Shown: positions 26,203 to 35,720, counted from the stretch's first letter. The stretch is DNA of 64,000 nt from Parcubacteria group bacterium (GCA_016181845.1 JACOYO010000005.1:66845-130844); one strand, 5' to 3'. Notes: a model not told the origin generated them from the sequence alone. A program made the numbers and translations.

Positions 26203-28137
26203 CTATGTTGTTTGTGGGTCAAGGTTTAAAAATTCTTCGCGTTTTTTCGGCATAATGCCATTTGCAAGCAAAATTTTTTCAAACGCTTCGTGTTCAATGG
26301 TTTCAACAGCGACCAGTTCTTTTGCAATCGCGTCAAGCGCGCCGCGGTGCGCTCTCAATATCTGCTCCGCTTTTCCGAGCGCCTCACTCATAATACGCGC
26401 GACTTCCGCGTCTATTTCAGCAGAAACTTTTTCTGAATATTCATGCTCGCCGACACCTTTGCCGAAAATAGCTTTCCCGCCCGGCTCTTCAAGCGCCACC
26501 GGCCCCATTTTTTCCGACATGCCGTACTTGGTCACCATATCGCGCGCGAGCGCAGTGGATACCTGCAAATCATTTGACGGTCCGGTTGTAAGGTCTCCAA
26601 AAATCATACGCTCCGCGGCGTAGCCTCCGAGCGATACGGCGATGTCGTCAAGAAATTCTTTTTTGCTCTGCATCTTTTTGTCTTCAAAAGGCAGTTTGAG
26701 CGTGTAGCCAGCCGCGCGGCCGCGGGAAATAATCGTGATTTTGTGCACCGGGTCGGCATACGGCAAGAGAGAAGCGGCGAGCGCGTGCCCCGCCTCATGG
26801 TACGCGGTAATTTCTTTTTCTTTTTTTGAGAGGAGGTGGCTTTTGCGCTCGGGCCCCAACATTACTTTTTCTATAGAGCGGATAAGGTCAAATTGGCTGA
26901 CCTTTTTCCTGCTCTCCCGCGCCGCAAGAATCGCGCCTTCGTTCATAAGCGAATAGAGGTCGGCGCCGGAAAACCCCGGCGTGCGCTCCGCGATAATGCG
27001 CAAATTTACATCTTCCGCAAACGGCTTTTTGTCCGCATGGATTTTCAAAATTTCCTCGCGGTCGTTAATATCAGGAATATCAATCACCACGCGCCGGTCA
27101 AAACGCCCAGGACGAAGAAGCGCCGGGTCAAGCACGTCTGGACGATTGGTCGCCGCAATGACAATCACTTTTTCCGCCGGCTCAAAGCCGTCCATTTCAA
27201 CCAAAATCTGATTGAGCGTCTGCTCGCGCTCATCGTTGCCACCGCCGAGCCCCACTCCGCGCGATCGACCGACCGCATCTATTTCGTCAATAAAAATAAT
27301 CGCTGGAGCGGCTTTTTTCGCAAGCTGGAAAAGGTCCCGCACGCGAGAAGCTCCAACTCCGACAAACATTTCCACAAATTCAGAACCTGAAATGGAAAAA
27401 AATGGCACTCCCGCCTCCCCCGCCACCGCGCGGGCAAGCAACGTCTTTCCCGTCCCAGGCGCGCCCATCAAAAGCACTCCCTTCGGAATCCGCGCTCCGA
27501 TGTCCAAAAATTTTTTCGGATTTTTCAAAAAGTCAACAATCTCCACCAATTCTTCTTTTGCCTCTTTTGCTCCGGCGACATCCTTAAACGTCACCCGCTG
27601 GCTTTTATCGGCGGGGTCTATAATCCGCGCTTTTGACTGTCCGAAGGTAAATGCCTGCATGCCAGCGCCTTTCACCTGCCGCGATATCATCCAGAAAAAG
27701 AGAAGCACAAAAACAATTGGGATAATAAACGGCAGCGCGTTCAAAAGAAAGAAACCGATGCCGCCCGGGCTCTTAACCTCAATGGAAACCGCGTGCATTT
27801 GCGCAGGTGTAACCCCATAATTCGTGAGCGTTTCGGAAAGAGAGCTCTCCGTTTCTTTGCGTGATGTTTTTTCCGAACCGTCTGTAAATGCCGCGGTCAA
27901 CTTTTCTGCTTCTACGACAACGCCGGTAACACTGCCTTCAACAATTGATTGCGCCAATTCTGAAATTGAAATTTCCGGTGTTTGCTTGCGTTCTTTCACC
28001 ACAAAAGAATAGAGCATGATGATGAGCGCGAAGAATATGAGCGTGCTCAACAGGTTGCTCAAGAACTGCCACCCTGACGGAGCATCCTTTTTTCCCCCGC
28101 CTGCTTTTTTATTTTTTTGTTTTGGAAATAGGTTCAT
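26203..28137 (-). CDS. ftsH: ATP-dependent zinc metalloprotease FtsH
   Basis: AAA Walker A GPPGTGKT, SRH, HEAGH zinc motif; two N-terminal TM segments. Confidence 0.9.
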   Translation of the reverse strand: MNLFPKQKNKKAGGGKKDAPSGWQFLSNLLSTLIFFALIIMLYSFVVKERKQTPEISISELAQSIVEGSVTGVVVEAEKLTAAFTDGSEKTSRKETESSLSETLTNYGVTPAQMHAVSIEVKSPGGIGFFLLNALPFIIPIVFVLLFFWMISRQVKGAGMQAFTFGQSKARIIDPADKSQRVTFKDVAGAKEAKEELVEIVDFLKNPKKFLDIGARIPKGVLLMGAPGTGKTLLARAVAGEAGVPFFSISGSEFVEMFVGVGASRVRDLFQLAKKAAPAIIFIDEIDAVGRSRGVGLGGGNDEREQTLNQILVEMDGFEPAEKVIVIAATNRPDVLDPALLRPGRFDRRVVIDIPDINDREEILKIHADKKPFAEDVNLRIIAERTPGFSGADLYSLMNEGAILAARESRKKVSQFDLIRSIEKVMLGPERKSHLLSKKEKEITAYHEAGHALAASLLPYADPVHKITIISRGRAAGYTLKLPFEDKKMQSKKEFLDDIAVSLGGYAAERMIFGDLTTGPSNDLQVSTALARDMVTKYGMSEKMGPVALEEPGGKAIFGKGVGEHEYSEKVSAEIDAEVARIMSEALGKAEQILRAHRGALDAIAKELVAVETIEHEAFEKILLANGIMPKKREEFLNLDPQTT

Positions 28138-28225
28138 ATTGTAAAATAGTTATACCATAATAGCGGAAAACAGGCAAAAGCCAATCCATCTGATACAATA
28201 TAATTGTTAATTGCAAAACTCGCTC

Positions 28226-28345
28226 TGAATCATAGTTTTTGAGAGACATTGCGGACCCCGACGATATTGTCGGGGGAGCATAGCATCCGCCCTGGGCGGA
28301 ATGCGTGTCTATCAAAAATTGATGATGAAGAAGAGTTTTGCAATA
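28226..28345. repeat. ~120-nt conserved structured element, copy A (second copy at 46853-46975)
   Basis: About 85% identity to copy B over about 120 nt. Terminal inverted repeat tttttgagagaca / tgtctatcaaaaa; conserved hairpin ccccgacgata(t/c)tgtcggggg; internal hairpin differs completely in sequence but is base-paired in both copies. Confidence 0.55.
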
Positions 28346-28365
28346 TAACAATACACCAATTTTGT

Positions 28366-28806
28366 ATGACGCTGATTATAAACAAAAAGGCTCATTTTAA
28401 TTATGAGCTCATGGAAAAGTTTGAAGCTGGCATGTCCCTCTTCGGCTTGGAAGTAAAATCCTTGAAAAAAAATCAGGGGTCCCTTTTGGGCGCGCATGTC
28501 ATAGTGCGCGGCGGCGAGGCATACATCGTCGGCATGCACATTCCTCCCTACCAGCCAAACAACACGCCAAAAGAGTACGACCCGGACCGCACGCGACGGC
28601 TTTTGCTTACTCAAAAAGAATTGGGCGAGCTTGCGGGCGCCGAAGCGCAAAAGGGGTTGACAATCGTGCCGATTTCAGTGTATAGTAAAGGCAGAAAATT
28701 GAAACTTCAAATCGCCATCGCGCGCGGAAAAAAGAAATACGATAAACGAGAAACTTTAAAAAAACGCGACGCGGAGCGAGAAATAGCAAGAACCTTAAAA
28801 AATTGA
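28366..28806 (+). CDS. smpB: SsrA-binding protein SmpB
   Basis: LIINKKAHFNYELMEKFEAGMSLFGLEVKSLK...; start at ATG 28366. Confidence 0.85.
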   Translation: MTLIINKKAHFNYELMEKFEAGMSLFGLEVKSLKKNQGSLLGAHVIVRGGEAYIVGMHIPPYQPNNTPKEYDPDRTRRLLLTQKELGELAGAEAQKGLTIVPISVYSKGRKLKLQIAIARGKKKYDKRETLKKRDAEREIARTLKN

Positions 28807-28892
28807 AACTGGAGAAATGAATACTTTTCTCCACATTCCCCCAAAGCAGATGTGGCTGGTTTCCAGTTTCTAGATTCTAACTTCTGTTGTGG

Positions 28893-29299
28893 GGGGATGA
28901 TCGGCTTTGACAGTTGATTGGCCCTTGTCATGCGCAAAGCAAGCATGTTCGCTCATCTTGTAAATCCGCGCGAACAACCAATAGATGCAAATTCTATTTC
29001 AAAGCGAGTCGCATCGCCATTCGTGACGATAAACGGCTTCGCCTTTGCTCGAGCGTAATTAATCGCACGAGCCATCCGATACGCGGACTCCTGATAGGCG
29101 TTTAGGGTGTCATATACATCAGGATAGAAATAGCGGACGCTTCGCCGCGGTTTCAAAACCAAAGAAGCTCGGCCTGTACGTATTTCGTTTGCTTCCGACC
29201 GTACAGGCTCAAATTCACTTCGGTGAAACAAAGCAAACTATCTTTGTAGACACATCCGAGGAAATCATTTGGACCCGGGTTCGATTCCCGGCATCTCCA
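28893..29299 (+). ncRNA. ssrA: tmRNA (ssrA), ~407 nt
   Basis: Directly downstream of smpB. 5' end GGGGAUGAUCGGCUUUGACAG resembles the tmRNA 5' consensus; the 3' end has a tRNA-like T-arm CCCGGGUUCGAUUCCCGG and acceptor CAUCUCC-A pairing with 5' GGGGAUG. A candidate tag frame GCA AAU UCU ... GCU CGA GCG UAA (ANSISKRVASPFVTINGFAFARA) is uncertain. Confidence 0.7.
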
Positions 29300-29315
29300 T
29301 TCGTAAAAACATTAG

Positions 29316-29346
29316 CCTCGCTTTTAGCGGGGCTTTTGTTTTTTGA
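29316..29346 (+). terminator. rho-independent terminator after tmRNA (gcctcgc-tttta-gcggggc + TTTTGTTTTTT)
   Basis: Stem with one G-U pair plus a T-run. Confidence 0.5.
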
Positions 29347-29394
29347 ATGGAGATGAGCAAGACGCCTGCGCGTCTTGCGTCCGGGAATCGAAAA
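29346..29394. repeat. inverted copy of the tmRNA 3' end (gaatggagatg ... ccgggaatcgaa) split by a 25-nt hairpin caagacgcctgcgcgtcttg
   Basis: Reverse complement of ttcgattcccggcatctccattc, interrupted by the hairpin. Confidence 0.55.
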
Positions 29395-29469
29395 GTTTGA
29401 GCATATCGCGCGGAGTCCGCCCGTGGCGGACGAGCACGATGCGAAAACTGTACTGTTCCTGTAAGGAAA

Positions 29470-29486
29470 GATTCCCGGCATCTCCA
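29470..29486 (+). repeat. 17-nt direct repeat of the tmRNA 3' end (gattcccggcatctcca; original at 29283-29299)
   Basis: Exact repeat 170 bp downstream of the tmRNA end. Confidence 0.65.
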
Positions 29487-29504
29487 CCTCATTCGACTTT
29501 CTTA

Positions 29505-29525
29505 CTCGGCTTTCGCATAGCCGAA
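29505..29525. repeat. 21-nt hairpin repeat (c)tcggctttcgcatagccgaa, copy 3 of 3
   Basis: Matches 7889-7909 and 7942-7962. Confidence 0.6.
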
Positions 29526-29531
29526 TTTCCT

Positions 29532-29571
29532 TTGTCACCTATCCTTCGCTATAGCGAAAGATAGGTGACAA
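29532..29571. repeat. near-perfect 18-bp-arm palindrome ttgtcacctatccttcgc-tata-gcgaaagataggtgacaa
   Basis: Read directly; one mismatch between arms; possible protein-binding site or hairpin. Confidence 0.5.
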
Positions 29572-29597
29572 GGAGAAAAATTGCATTTTCGCTTGAA

Positions 29598-29626
29598 AGT
29601 CGGACATCCGATGTCCGACTTTTTTT
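29598..29626 (+). terminator. rho-independent terminator agtcggacatccgatgtccgact + T7
   Basis: Perfect 9-bp stem plus T-run. Confidence 0.6.
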
Positions 29627-29748
29627 AATGAATTTCTCACTTCATAAGTTCTAGAATTAATTGCAACACCTATCTGTATTCTGCTATGCTAAAAATAGTT
29701 TTCGTAATCCTATATTAAATTTCCTTAACGCAGTGGGGGGGGATAAAA

Positions 29749-30219
29749 ATGACAGCATGGCAATCGCAACCGCAATTTGACAAAGCGCATTACAAAATGA
29801 CGTTATACGGATTTTTGAAATGGTTCACCATTTCTTATGTCGTTCTTCAGCTCATATCTTTTCATTTTGCTTTTGACCCGATACCCGACCATCTTTCCTA
29901 TTTTTGGATGGCAACATTGCTCACCTATACCTGCCTAAAAGAAATATTTCGTCACGCGTATGTCCAGTGCAGTAACGGACAAAAAGGAGAATGGTACGCC
30001 ATTATCGTCATCGGCGTATTCTTATGGATGGAAGGATACAATATCGCCATCCATTGGATTTTTCAAAAACCGTATCTCCCTCTTCCAGACAACATGTTTG
30101 AAAGCGCGGTACAATCAATGGTCCTTCTTATCGGCACCGCCATGTCATCTCTTTGGTTTCATTTCAAAAAAAACGGCGTGGCCAGAGCGGATACGGCTCC
30201 ATCAGAAAAGACGCCGTGA
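29749..30219 (+). CDS. hypothetical integral membrane protein (4 predicted TM helices)
   Basis: 156-aa hydrophobic ORF; no family recognised. Confidence 0.5.
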   Translation: MTAWQSQPQFDKAHYKMTLYGFLKWFTISYVVLQLISFHFAFDPIPDHLSYFWMATLLTYTCLKEIFRHAYVQCSNGQKGEWYAIIVIGVFLWMEGYNIAIHWIFQKPYLPLPDNMFESAVQSMVLLIGTAMSSLWFHFKKNGVARADTAPSEKTP

Positions 30220-30271
30220 CAACATACATATCACAAAGCCCGTGAAGAATTTTCACGGGCTTTTATCTTGA

Positions 30272-30835
30272 TTATTTCCGCCTTCGTTTTAATATTGAAA
30301 CGAAGGCAAAACCACATCCCACAAACAACGCGCCATTTGCAATAATAATAAGAAACGAAAATGAAAACAGTTCCGCAATGATAAAAGAGAACAGGGCGAC
30401 AATTTGCATAACCATTTTCCATTTGCCAAAACTGTTTGCCCCGACTACCGCCATTTTTTTCCCGAACCCGCGCTCAACAGTTGAATAACCGTCGGCAATA
30501 AACAATCCTCCGAGAGCAATCAAATCACATTCATTCCAAAAAAGCAGAATCGTGGAATAAAATTGTATTTTATCCGCCAGCGGGTCAAGCCATTTGCCCG
30601 TCTCGCTCGCCTGTCCTTCTTCGCGCGCCATGATGCCGTCAATGGCATCCAAATACCAGCACACTCCCCAAACACAAGCGGCAAAAAATCGCGCGTGCCA
30701 GCCGCCGAAAAACCAGACCGGAATCATAAGAAGCGCGACAGAGCATCTTGCGATGGTCACCTTGTTTGCCGTGGTACGCCTCGCAAGAAATGCAGCGACT
30801 TTGCGCGCATCGCTAAAAAATTGACACTCGTTCAT
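30272..30835 (-). CDS. CDP-alcohol phosphatidyltransferase family protein (PgsA-like)
   Basis: DAIDGIMAREEG...GKWLDPLADK matches D-G-x2-A-R...G-x3-D-x3-D; start at ATG 30835, preceded by GGAGGG. Confidence 0.75.
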   Translation of the reverse strand: MNECQFFSDARKVAAFLARRTTANKVTIARCSVALLMIPVWFFGGWHARFFAACVWGVCWYLDAIDGIMAREEGQASETGKWLDPLADKIQFYSTILLFWNECDLIALGGLFIADGYSTVERGFGKKMAVVGANSFGKWKMVMQIVALFSFIIAELFSFSFLIIIANGALFVGCGFAFVSILKRRRK

Positions 30836-31014
30836 AGCGCCCTCCTCAGCATAAGAGCAAGATAAAAACAAACGTATTCTGCCCAAACCCTAACAGAAAA
30901 CGAAAAAATGGGAAGGCGGTTTCAATAGTGCATGACTAGACCACTTTATTGACTTCCGTTAGATTATCCGCTACTATAATGCCATAAAGCCACCAATAAC
31001 GGCTTTTTAATATT

Positions 31015-31536
31015 TTGCTAAAAATACGCACACGAATTAATAATCAAATACGTTCCCCGGAAGTTCGGGTCATTGACCACTTGGGCAACAATATTGGCGT
31101 ACTGCCGATACAAGAAGCGCTCGGAAAGGCTCGGGCGGAACAGCTTGATTTGATTGAAATTTCGCCAAATGCCATACCGCCGATTGTCAAAATAATGGAC
31201 TATGGCAAATACCAATACGAGCAAAACAAAAAACAGAAAGAACAACACGCGAAATCACACACCGTAGAGGTAAAAAATATCCAGATTAAAATCGGCACGG
31301 GCGAACACGACCTTGCCCTCAAAGCAAAGCGGGCAAACGAATTTTTAAAAGAGGGGCATCGTGTAAAAATAGAATTATTTCTATCGGGCAGGACAAAATA
31401 TCTGGAACAACCGTTCTTGAAAGAACGTCTTGACCGCGTTTTGTATCTTATTGCTGAAGACTATACGATTGCCGAACCGGCAAAAAAAGTACCGAAGGGT
31501 CTCGCAATGATTATTGAGAAAAAAAAGAAAAAATAA
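31015..31536 (+). CDS. infC: translation initiation factor IF-3 (non-ATG start likely)
   Basis: INNQIRSPEVRVIDHLGNNIGVLPIQEALGKARAEQLDLIEISPNAIPPIVKIMDYGKYQYEQ matches IF-3; the track starts at TTG (31015) and an ATT at 31042 is an alternative. Confidence 0.85.
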   Translation: MLKIRTRINNQIRSPEVRVIDHLGNNIGVLPIQEALGKARAEQLDLIEISPNAIPPIVKIMDYGKYQYEQNKKQKEQHAKSHTVEVKNIQIKIGTGEHDLALKAKRANEFLKEGHRVKIELFLSGRTKYLEQPFLKERLDRVLYLIAEDYTIAEPAKKVPKGLAMIIEKKKKK

Positions 31537-31537
31537 T

Positions 31538-31729
31538 ATGGCGCAAAAAACAAACAAATCGTATTCAAAACGGTTACGGATAACCAAAACCGGGAAAATG
31601 CTTTCCCGCAAGGCGGGCAAAGACCATTTTAACGCGAAAAAATCAAGAGCAAAGCAGTTGCGCGGCAAACGTGCGGTTCAATTTGCAATGAAAAATAAAA
31701 ATATCGGCGATTTTCTGCCATTCAAATAG
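31538..31729 (+). CDS. rpmI: 50S ribosomal protein L35
   Basis: MAQKTNKSYSKRLRITKTGKMLSRKAGKDHFNAKKS... Confidence 0.85.
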   Translation: MAQKTNKSYSKRLRITKTGKMLSRKAGKDHFNAKKSRAKQLRGKRAVQFAMKNKNIGDFLPFK

Positions 31730-31767
31730 ATTACCAATTTTATAGTTAACTTACACCGCACCTAACA

Positions 31768-31795
31768 AGCTAAAAAGCTAAAACCTAACAAGCTT
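31768..31795. promoter_or_regulatory. motif aaaagctaaaacctaacaagct (tandem partial repeats) immediately upstream of rplT; also present twice, inverted, upstream of adk (40040-40132)
   Basis: Direct sequence comparison. Confidence 0.35.
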
Positions 31796-31801
31796 AATAA
31801 T

Positions 31802-32146
31802 ATGTCACGAGTTAAAAAAGGAGTGCGCGCGCTGAAGCGCCGCAAAAATATCTTAAAGCAGGTTAAAGGATACCGCTTTGGACGAAGCACAAAAAAGCGC
31901 CAGGCGCGTGAAGCGATTTTTCATGCCGGCACCTACGCCTTTGCGCACCGACGCGACAAAAAGCGCGATGCCCGCGCTATCTGGCAAATAAAAATTAATG
32001 CTGTTGCGCGTCCGCTCGGATTTTCATACAGCGCCTTCATCGGAGCGCTAAAGAAAAAAGGCATCGCTCTTGACCGCAAATCTCTTTCAGATCTTGCGGA
32101 GCATAGCCCGGAATCATTTGAACGTCTCGCGAAACAACTCGCGTAA
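31802..32146 (+). CDS. rplT: 50S ribosomal protein L20
   Basis: MSRVKKGVRALKRRKNILKQVKGYRFGRS... canonical L20. Confidence 0.9.
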   Translation: MSRVKKGVRALKRRKNILKQVKGYRFGRSTKKRQAREAIFHAGTYAFAHRRDKKRDARAIWQIKINAVARPLGFSYSAFIGALKKKGIALDRKSLSDLAEHSPESFERLAKQLA

Positions 32147-32150
32147 AAAA

Positions 32151-32187
32151 ATACCCACCAGACATTATGTCTGGTGGGTATTTTTTA
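32151..32187. terminator. bidirectional terminator atacccaccagacattatgtctggtgggtat + T6
   Basis: Perfect 12-bp stem between convergent genes. Confidence 0.6.
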
Positions 32188-33579
32188 AAAAAGAATTTCC
32201 ATTTTCTCTCCTTTCTTTGGGACCACCGCTTCAAGAGAAAGGTTGTCTTGAATCTTCTGCGCCAAAAATGTCGCGGACTTCAATTCCCCCATTACCACGA
32301 ATATTTTTTTCGCTTGTCCTTTGTCGTGTGAAACAAAGTCTAGAATAGCATCGGAATCTTTGTGTCCCGAATAACCGCTGATTTCTGTCACCCGTGCCCG
32401 CACTGGTACGCGTTCTCCCAATATTGTCACCTCCTTCGCACCATCTTTAAGCTCTCGTCCGAGCGTCCCGGGCGCCTGATATCCAACCAAAAGCAGGGTG
32501 CTCTTCGGGTCTGGCAGATAGCGTTTTTCGTGATGGATAATGCGGCCGCCGGCAGACATACCGGAACCAGCGATAATCACTTTCGGATTCGGCACATCGT
32601 TTATCGCCTTTGATTCTTCCGTGCGAAGCGTTGATTTGAGCCCGTGGAAATTAAAAATATTATCTCCTGATTTTATAAGCGCCATGGTTTCTTTGTTGAA
32701 ATACCGCTCATATTTTTCATAGATAGCCGTGGCTTTGATTGCAAGCGGCGAATCAAGGAAAATTGGCACTGGAGGAATTTTTTTATGCTCAATAAGCTCG
32801 TTTAATTCAGCAAGAAGCACTTGGGTGCGTTCAATGGAAAACGCCGGAATCATGAGCGCACCGCCGCTCATGATGGTTTCTTCTATAATCTGTTTTAGTA
32901 ATCCTTTTTGTTCTTCCCGCGATGGATGATTTCTATCTCCATAGACGCTTTCAATTACCAGATAATCCGCATCGTTCACTATTTCCGTATCGTGAAGCAG
33001 TGGTGCTGGTGAATTGCCTAAATCTCCGGTAAAAACAATTTTCTTGCCGTCGTGTTCCAGTTCAACCATAGATGAGCCCAAAATATGTCCGGAATCTTTT
33101 AGACGCGCCGTGACTCCCGCGCCGAGCGAGAGCGGTTCATGATATTCTGCTGTGCGCCAAAGCCTCATCGCTTTTTCCACATCTTCCGTATTGTAAAGCA
33201 ATTCAGTGTGTTCGCGCTTTGCTTCTTTTTCCATAATGCCCATGCTGTCTATGAGCATCAATTCTCCCAAATCGCGCGTCGGCGGCGTGCTGTAAATGAC
33301 TCCGCGGAAACCTTCACGCACCAGTTTTGGAATTCGCCCAACGTGGTCAAGGTGCCCATGAGTAACAAAAAGAATATCAATGGAAGATGGATTGTACGGA
33401 AACGGTTCAACGTTCAAATCCCCGCATATCCGACACCCCTGAAACAGGCCGCAGTCAACGAGTATTTTTAACCCGTTCGTTTCAAATAAAAAATTGGAGC
33501 CGGTTACTGTTTCCGTCCCGCCATAAAATGTAATGGATGATGAGTGGTTGGTATCTTGAGACATGTTCTTATTATACAC
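32185..33579 (-). CDS. MBL-fold metallo-hydrolase, beta-CASP RNA-metabolising family
   Basis: VTHGHLDHVG MBL motif, beta-CASP motifs, C-terminal RNA-metabolising MBL region. Confidence 0.75.
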   Translation of the reverse strand: MYNKNMSQDTNHSSSITFYGGTETVTGSNFLFETNGLKILVDCGLFQGCRICGDLNVEPFPYNPSSIDILFVTHGHLDHVGRIPKLVREGFRGVIYSTPPTRDLGELMLIDSMGIMEKEAKREHTELLYNTEDVEKAMRLWRTAEYHEPLSLGAGVTARLKDSGHILGSSMVELEHDGKKIVFTGDLGNSPAPLLHDTEIVNDADYLVIESVYGDRNHPSREEQKGLLKQIIEETIMSGGALMIPAFSIERTQVLLAELNELIEHKKIPPVPIFLDSPLAIKATAIYEKYERYFNKETMALIKSGDNIFNFHGLKSTLRTEESKAINDVPNPKVIIAGSGMSAGGRIIHHEKRYLPDPKSTLLLVGYQAPGTLGRELKDGAKEVTILGERVPVRARVTEISGYSGHKDSDAILDFVSHDKGQAKKIFVVMGELKSATFLAQKIQDNLSLEAVVPKKGEKMEILF

Positions 33580-34012
33580 GCGCCCGTTCCTCCGAAACAG
33601 AGCGGCGAAAAAATAGTAAGTACATGGTCACAGCAAAAGAAGCCCCAAGCAGGTCAAAAAAAAGATCGCTCAACCCGTCAATAAAACCATACGAAGACGC
33701 GTGTGTAACGATATCAACAATATATTCAAATAGTTCCCAGAGAAGACCGACGCATGCGGTAGCAAGCAAAACAGCGAGTATTGTGCGTTTTATATTAAAT
33801 TGCGTTGCTTTTTTATCGGTATCAATCACGCCCAAAAACCACAGAGCAGCAAAGCCCACCCAAACGCCTCCGAGCGTATGCATGAGCATATCAAACCAAA
33901 AAAAGGTAAAGTACCAACCGAGGGCAAGCGCCACTGTATTAAGCGCGAAAATAAAAATGATGAAAAAAGAAAGTGGGGACGGAAATGTTTTTGAAGTATA
34001 CAAGTGATTCAT
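33572..34012 (-). CDS. hypothetical integral membrane protein
   Basis: 146 aa, 4 TM segments. Confidence 0.4.
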   Translation of the reverse strand: MNHLYTSKTFPSPLSFFIIFIFALNTVALALGWYFTFFWFDMLMHTLGGVWVGFAALWFLGVIDTDKKATQFNIKRTILAVLLATACVGLLWELFEYIVDIVTHASSYGFIDGLSDLFFDLLGASFAVTMYLLFFRRSVSEERARV

Positions 34013-34025
34013 TTTTTTAAGTATG

Positions 34026-34060
34026 ACACAAAGATGTTTCTAAAAAAATTCCGCTTTGCA
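34026..34060 (-). terminator. terminator hairpin downstream of ndk (attccgc...gcggaat with flanking T/A runs)
   Basis: Stem flanked by runs on both strands. Confidence 0.5.
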
Positions 34061-34237
34061 AAAGCGCAGCGGAATTTTTAATGTGAGCTATTCAGAACCC
34101 TAGATTGATTCTAGGTGGGTTTCCGCAATCACGCTCCAAGGAACGCGGTATATGAGAATCCCTGAATGTTTAAATAAGCTAGTTTCTGAATAACTCTATT
34201 TATTATAATACCCCCATCTAAAAAAGGTTGCAAGCTT

Positions 34238-34852
34238 CTATTCAAGCAAGCCGTCTAAGTTTACATCATATAGAATCTGCTCTTGCACCAAGCGATAATT
34301 CACAAGCTCTTTTTCGGTAAACCAATGCTTGAGTTCCATTTCTGCTTCTTCTGGAGAGCCAGAGGCGTGGATAAGGTTGCGCACAGAACGGCCGTCGGTG
34401 TCTGACATCTGATACGAATCAAGCACAAAATCGCCGCGAATCGTGCCGACATCAGACGAGAGCGGCTCCGTCCCTCCAACCACCTTGCGCACGATTTTCA
34501 CCGCATGCGCTCCCTGCCACACCATCGCCACCACCGGTCCGCTCGTCATATATTTTTTCAGTCCTTCCAAAATGCGCGCGGTGATTTCAAGCGGGTCTTC
34601 CGACGGCGGCTTTATTCCTTTTTTCCGGTAACTTTCAATTGTTTTTTCTCCTGTAATTCGCCGCCAATTCGTGTCAAGCGTGTAGTGCGCTTCCACGTGA
34701 GCAGGTGTCGGCACGAGCATTTTAATCCCCGCGAGTTTCAGCCCGATGCGCTCAAACCGTTTGACAATTTCGCCGACAAGCGAGCGTTGGACGCCGTCCG
34801 GCTTAATCAACACAAGTGTCCGTTCATATTTTAAATGTTTCATAGTATTCAA
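34238..34852 (-). CDS. ndk: nucleoside diphosphate kinase (long form with insertions)
   Basis: ERTLVLIKPDGVQRSLVGEIVKRFE; active-site region NLIHAS(G) with catalytic His. Confidence 0.8.
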   Translation of the reverse strand: MNTMKHLKYERTLVLIKPDGVQRSLVGEIVKRFERIGLKLAGIKMLVPTPAHVEAHYTLDTNWRRITGEKTIESYRKKGIKPPSEDPLEITARILEGLKKYMTSGPVVAMVWQGAHAVKIVRKVVGGTEPLSSDVGTIRGDFVLDSYQMSDTDGRSVRNLIHASGSPEEAEMELKHWFTEKELVNYRLVQEQILYDVNLDGLLE

Positions 34853-34924
34853 AAATAAAAAGGTGGGTAATGTTTTTTAGTGTAAAGCAAAAAACAGTTA
34901 AAAACAATGTGCGATCGCGCGTAC

Positions 34925-34952
34925 TTGACTTTTTTTGTGCTGGTAGTATAAT
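34925..34952 (+). promoter_or_regulatory. sigma70-type promoter: -35 TTGACT (34925-34930), 16-nt spacer, -10 TATAAT (34947-34952)
   Basis: Exact consensus hexamers, about 100 nt upstream of the 35051 start, which has a GGAGGG SD. Confidence 0.5.
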
Positions 34953-35050
34953 GTGTACAGATTCCAGTAGTTTTGATTTTTGTAAGTTTGTAAGTCTTGT
35001 AATAGAAGCACAACATTAATTCATTTTATTTTTTGCGGAGGGATCCCATC

Positions 35051-35674
35051 ATGGAAGCAAAAAGATTTGAGGAGATGAATGTACAAAATGTGAGAAAAGG
35101 CGTCACGGTTCGCATGGATGCCGTGTCGTTAAAAAACGGCAAAATCGGCTTCCCTGCCATGTTAAACAGAGAAGGCAAATCTATTCTGCTCTTCTCCGTC
35201 CCTGAAGACATGCCCCTTATTGAAGGGGCGCGATATGACGTGACAGTTAAAGAGGTCCACGTCACGAAGAAGAAAACAAAGGTTGGAACTTGCATCATCG
35301 CCGCGGAAATAAGCGCGGTTCGGATGGTGGAAACCCTCAATGTATTCTACGATGCAGTAAAAGGATGCATCGTGGAGCAAAAACGGAGCGGACGCGTTCT
35401 CATAGGGAAATCAAAAGAGGTCCCAGTGAAGGAGCGGACGGTTATGTACTACGACCGCGATCCGAATCCGAAAGCAGAAAGCGGAACAGTTTTCTCCGCA
35501 ACAGAATTCATTGACACGGAGGGAGTGGTTCGCAAACGGAAAATCAACTTCGGCCAGACCCTTAGGGGGTTTGTGAAATCTTGGCGAAAAAAAAGATATG
35601 TCGTTTCCGATGTGAGGGCGGAGGAATATCGGACGGAATTGAAAACCCTTCCGCCGTGTCCGGAGGAAATTTGA
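35051..35674 (+). CDS. hypothetical protein (207 aa), no recognisable domain
   Basis: ORF with a consensus promoter, strong SD and a terminator; start at ATG 35051. Confidence 0.55.
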   Translation: MEAKRFEEMNVQNVRKGVTVRMDAVSLKNGKIGFPAMLNREGKSILLFSVPEDMPLIEGARYDVTVKEVHVTKKKTKVGTCIIAAEISAVRMVETLNVFYDAVKGCIVEQKRSGRVLIGKSKEVPVKERTVMYYDRDPNPKAESGTVFSATEFIDTEGVVRKRKINFGQTLRGFVKSWRKKRYVVSDVRAEEYRTELKTLPPCPEEI

Positions 35675-35684
35675 AGTTTCACCT

Positions 35685-35720
35685 AAACGGGGTTCGCTCT
35701 CGCGAACCCCGTTTTTTTAT
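35685..35720 (+). terminator. rho-independent terminator aaacggggttcgc-tctc-gcgaaccccgttt + T7
   Basis: 13-bp stem plus T-run. Confidence 0.65.

Noticed and set aside
28226-28345. Hammerhead ribozyme hypothesis for the ~120-nt conserved element
   Set aside because: TGATGA is present, but neither strand has a correctly placed CUGAUGA...GAAA core with three helices around a UH cleavage site, so the element is left unclassified.
29346-29486. Second tRNA-like or two-piece tmRNA gene (5' GGAGAUG ... 3' CAUCUCCA with perfect acceptor pairing)
   Set aside because: The segment has no D-arm, no complete T-stem and no anticodon or tag region. It is better explained as inverted plus direct copies of the tmRNA 3' end.
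28953-29538. Track ORFs 28953..29231(-), 29215..29538(-), 29265..29492(-) and 29343..29564(+)
   Set aside because: They lie entirely within the tmRNA gene and its repeat-rich trailer, and are translations of structured RNA or repeat sequence.
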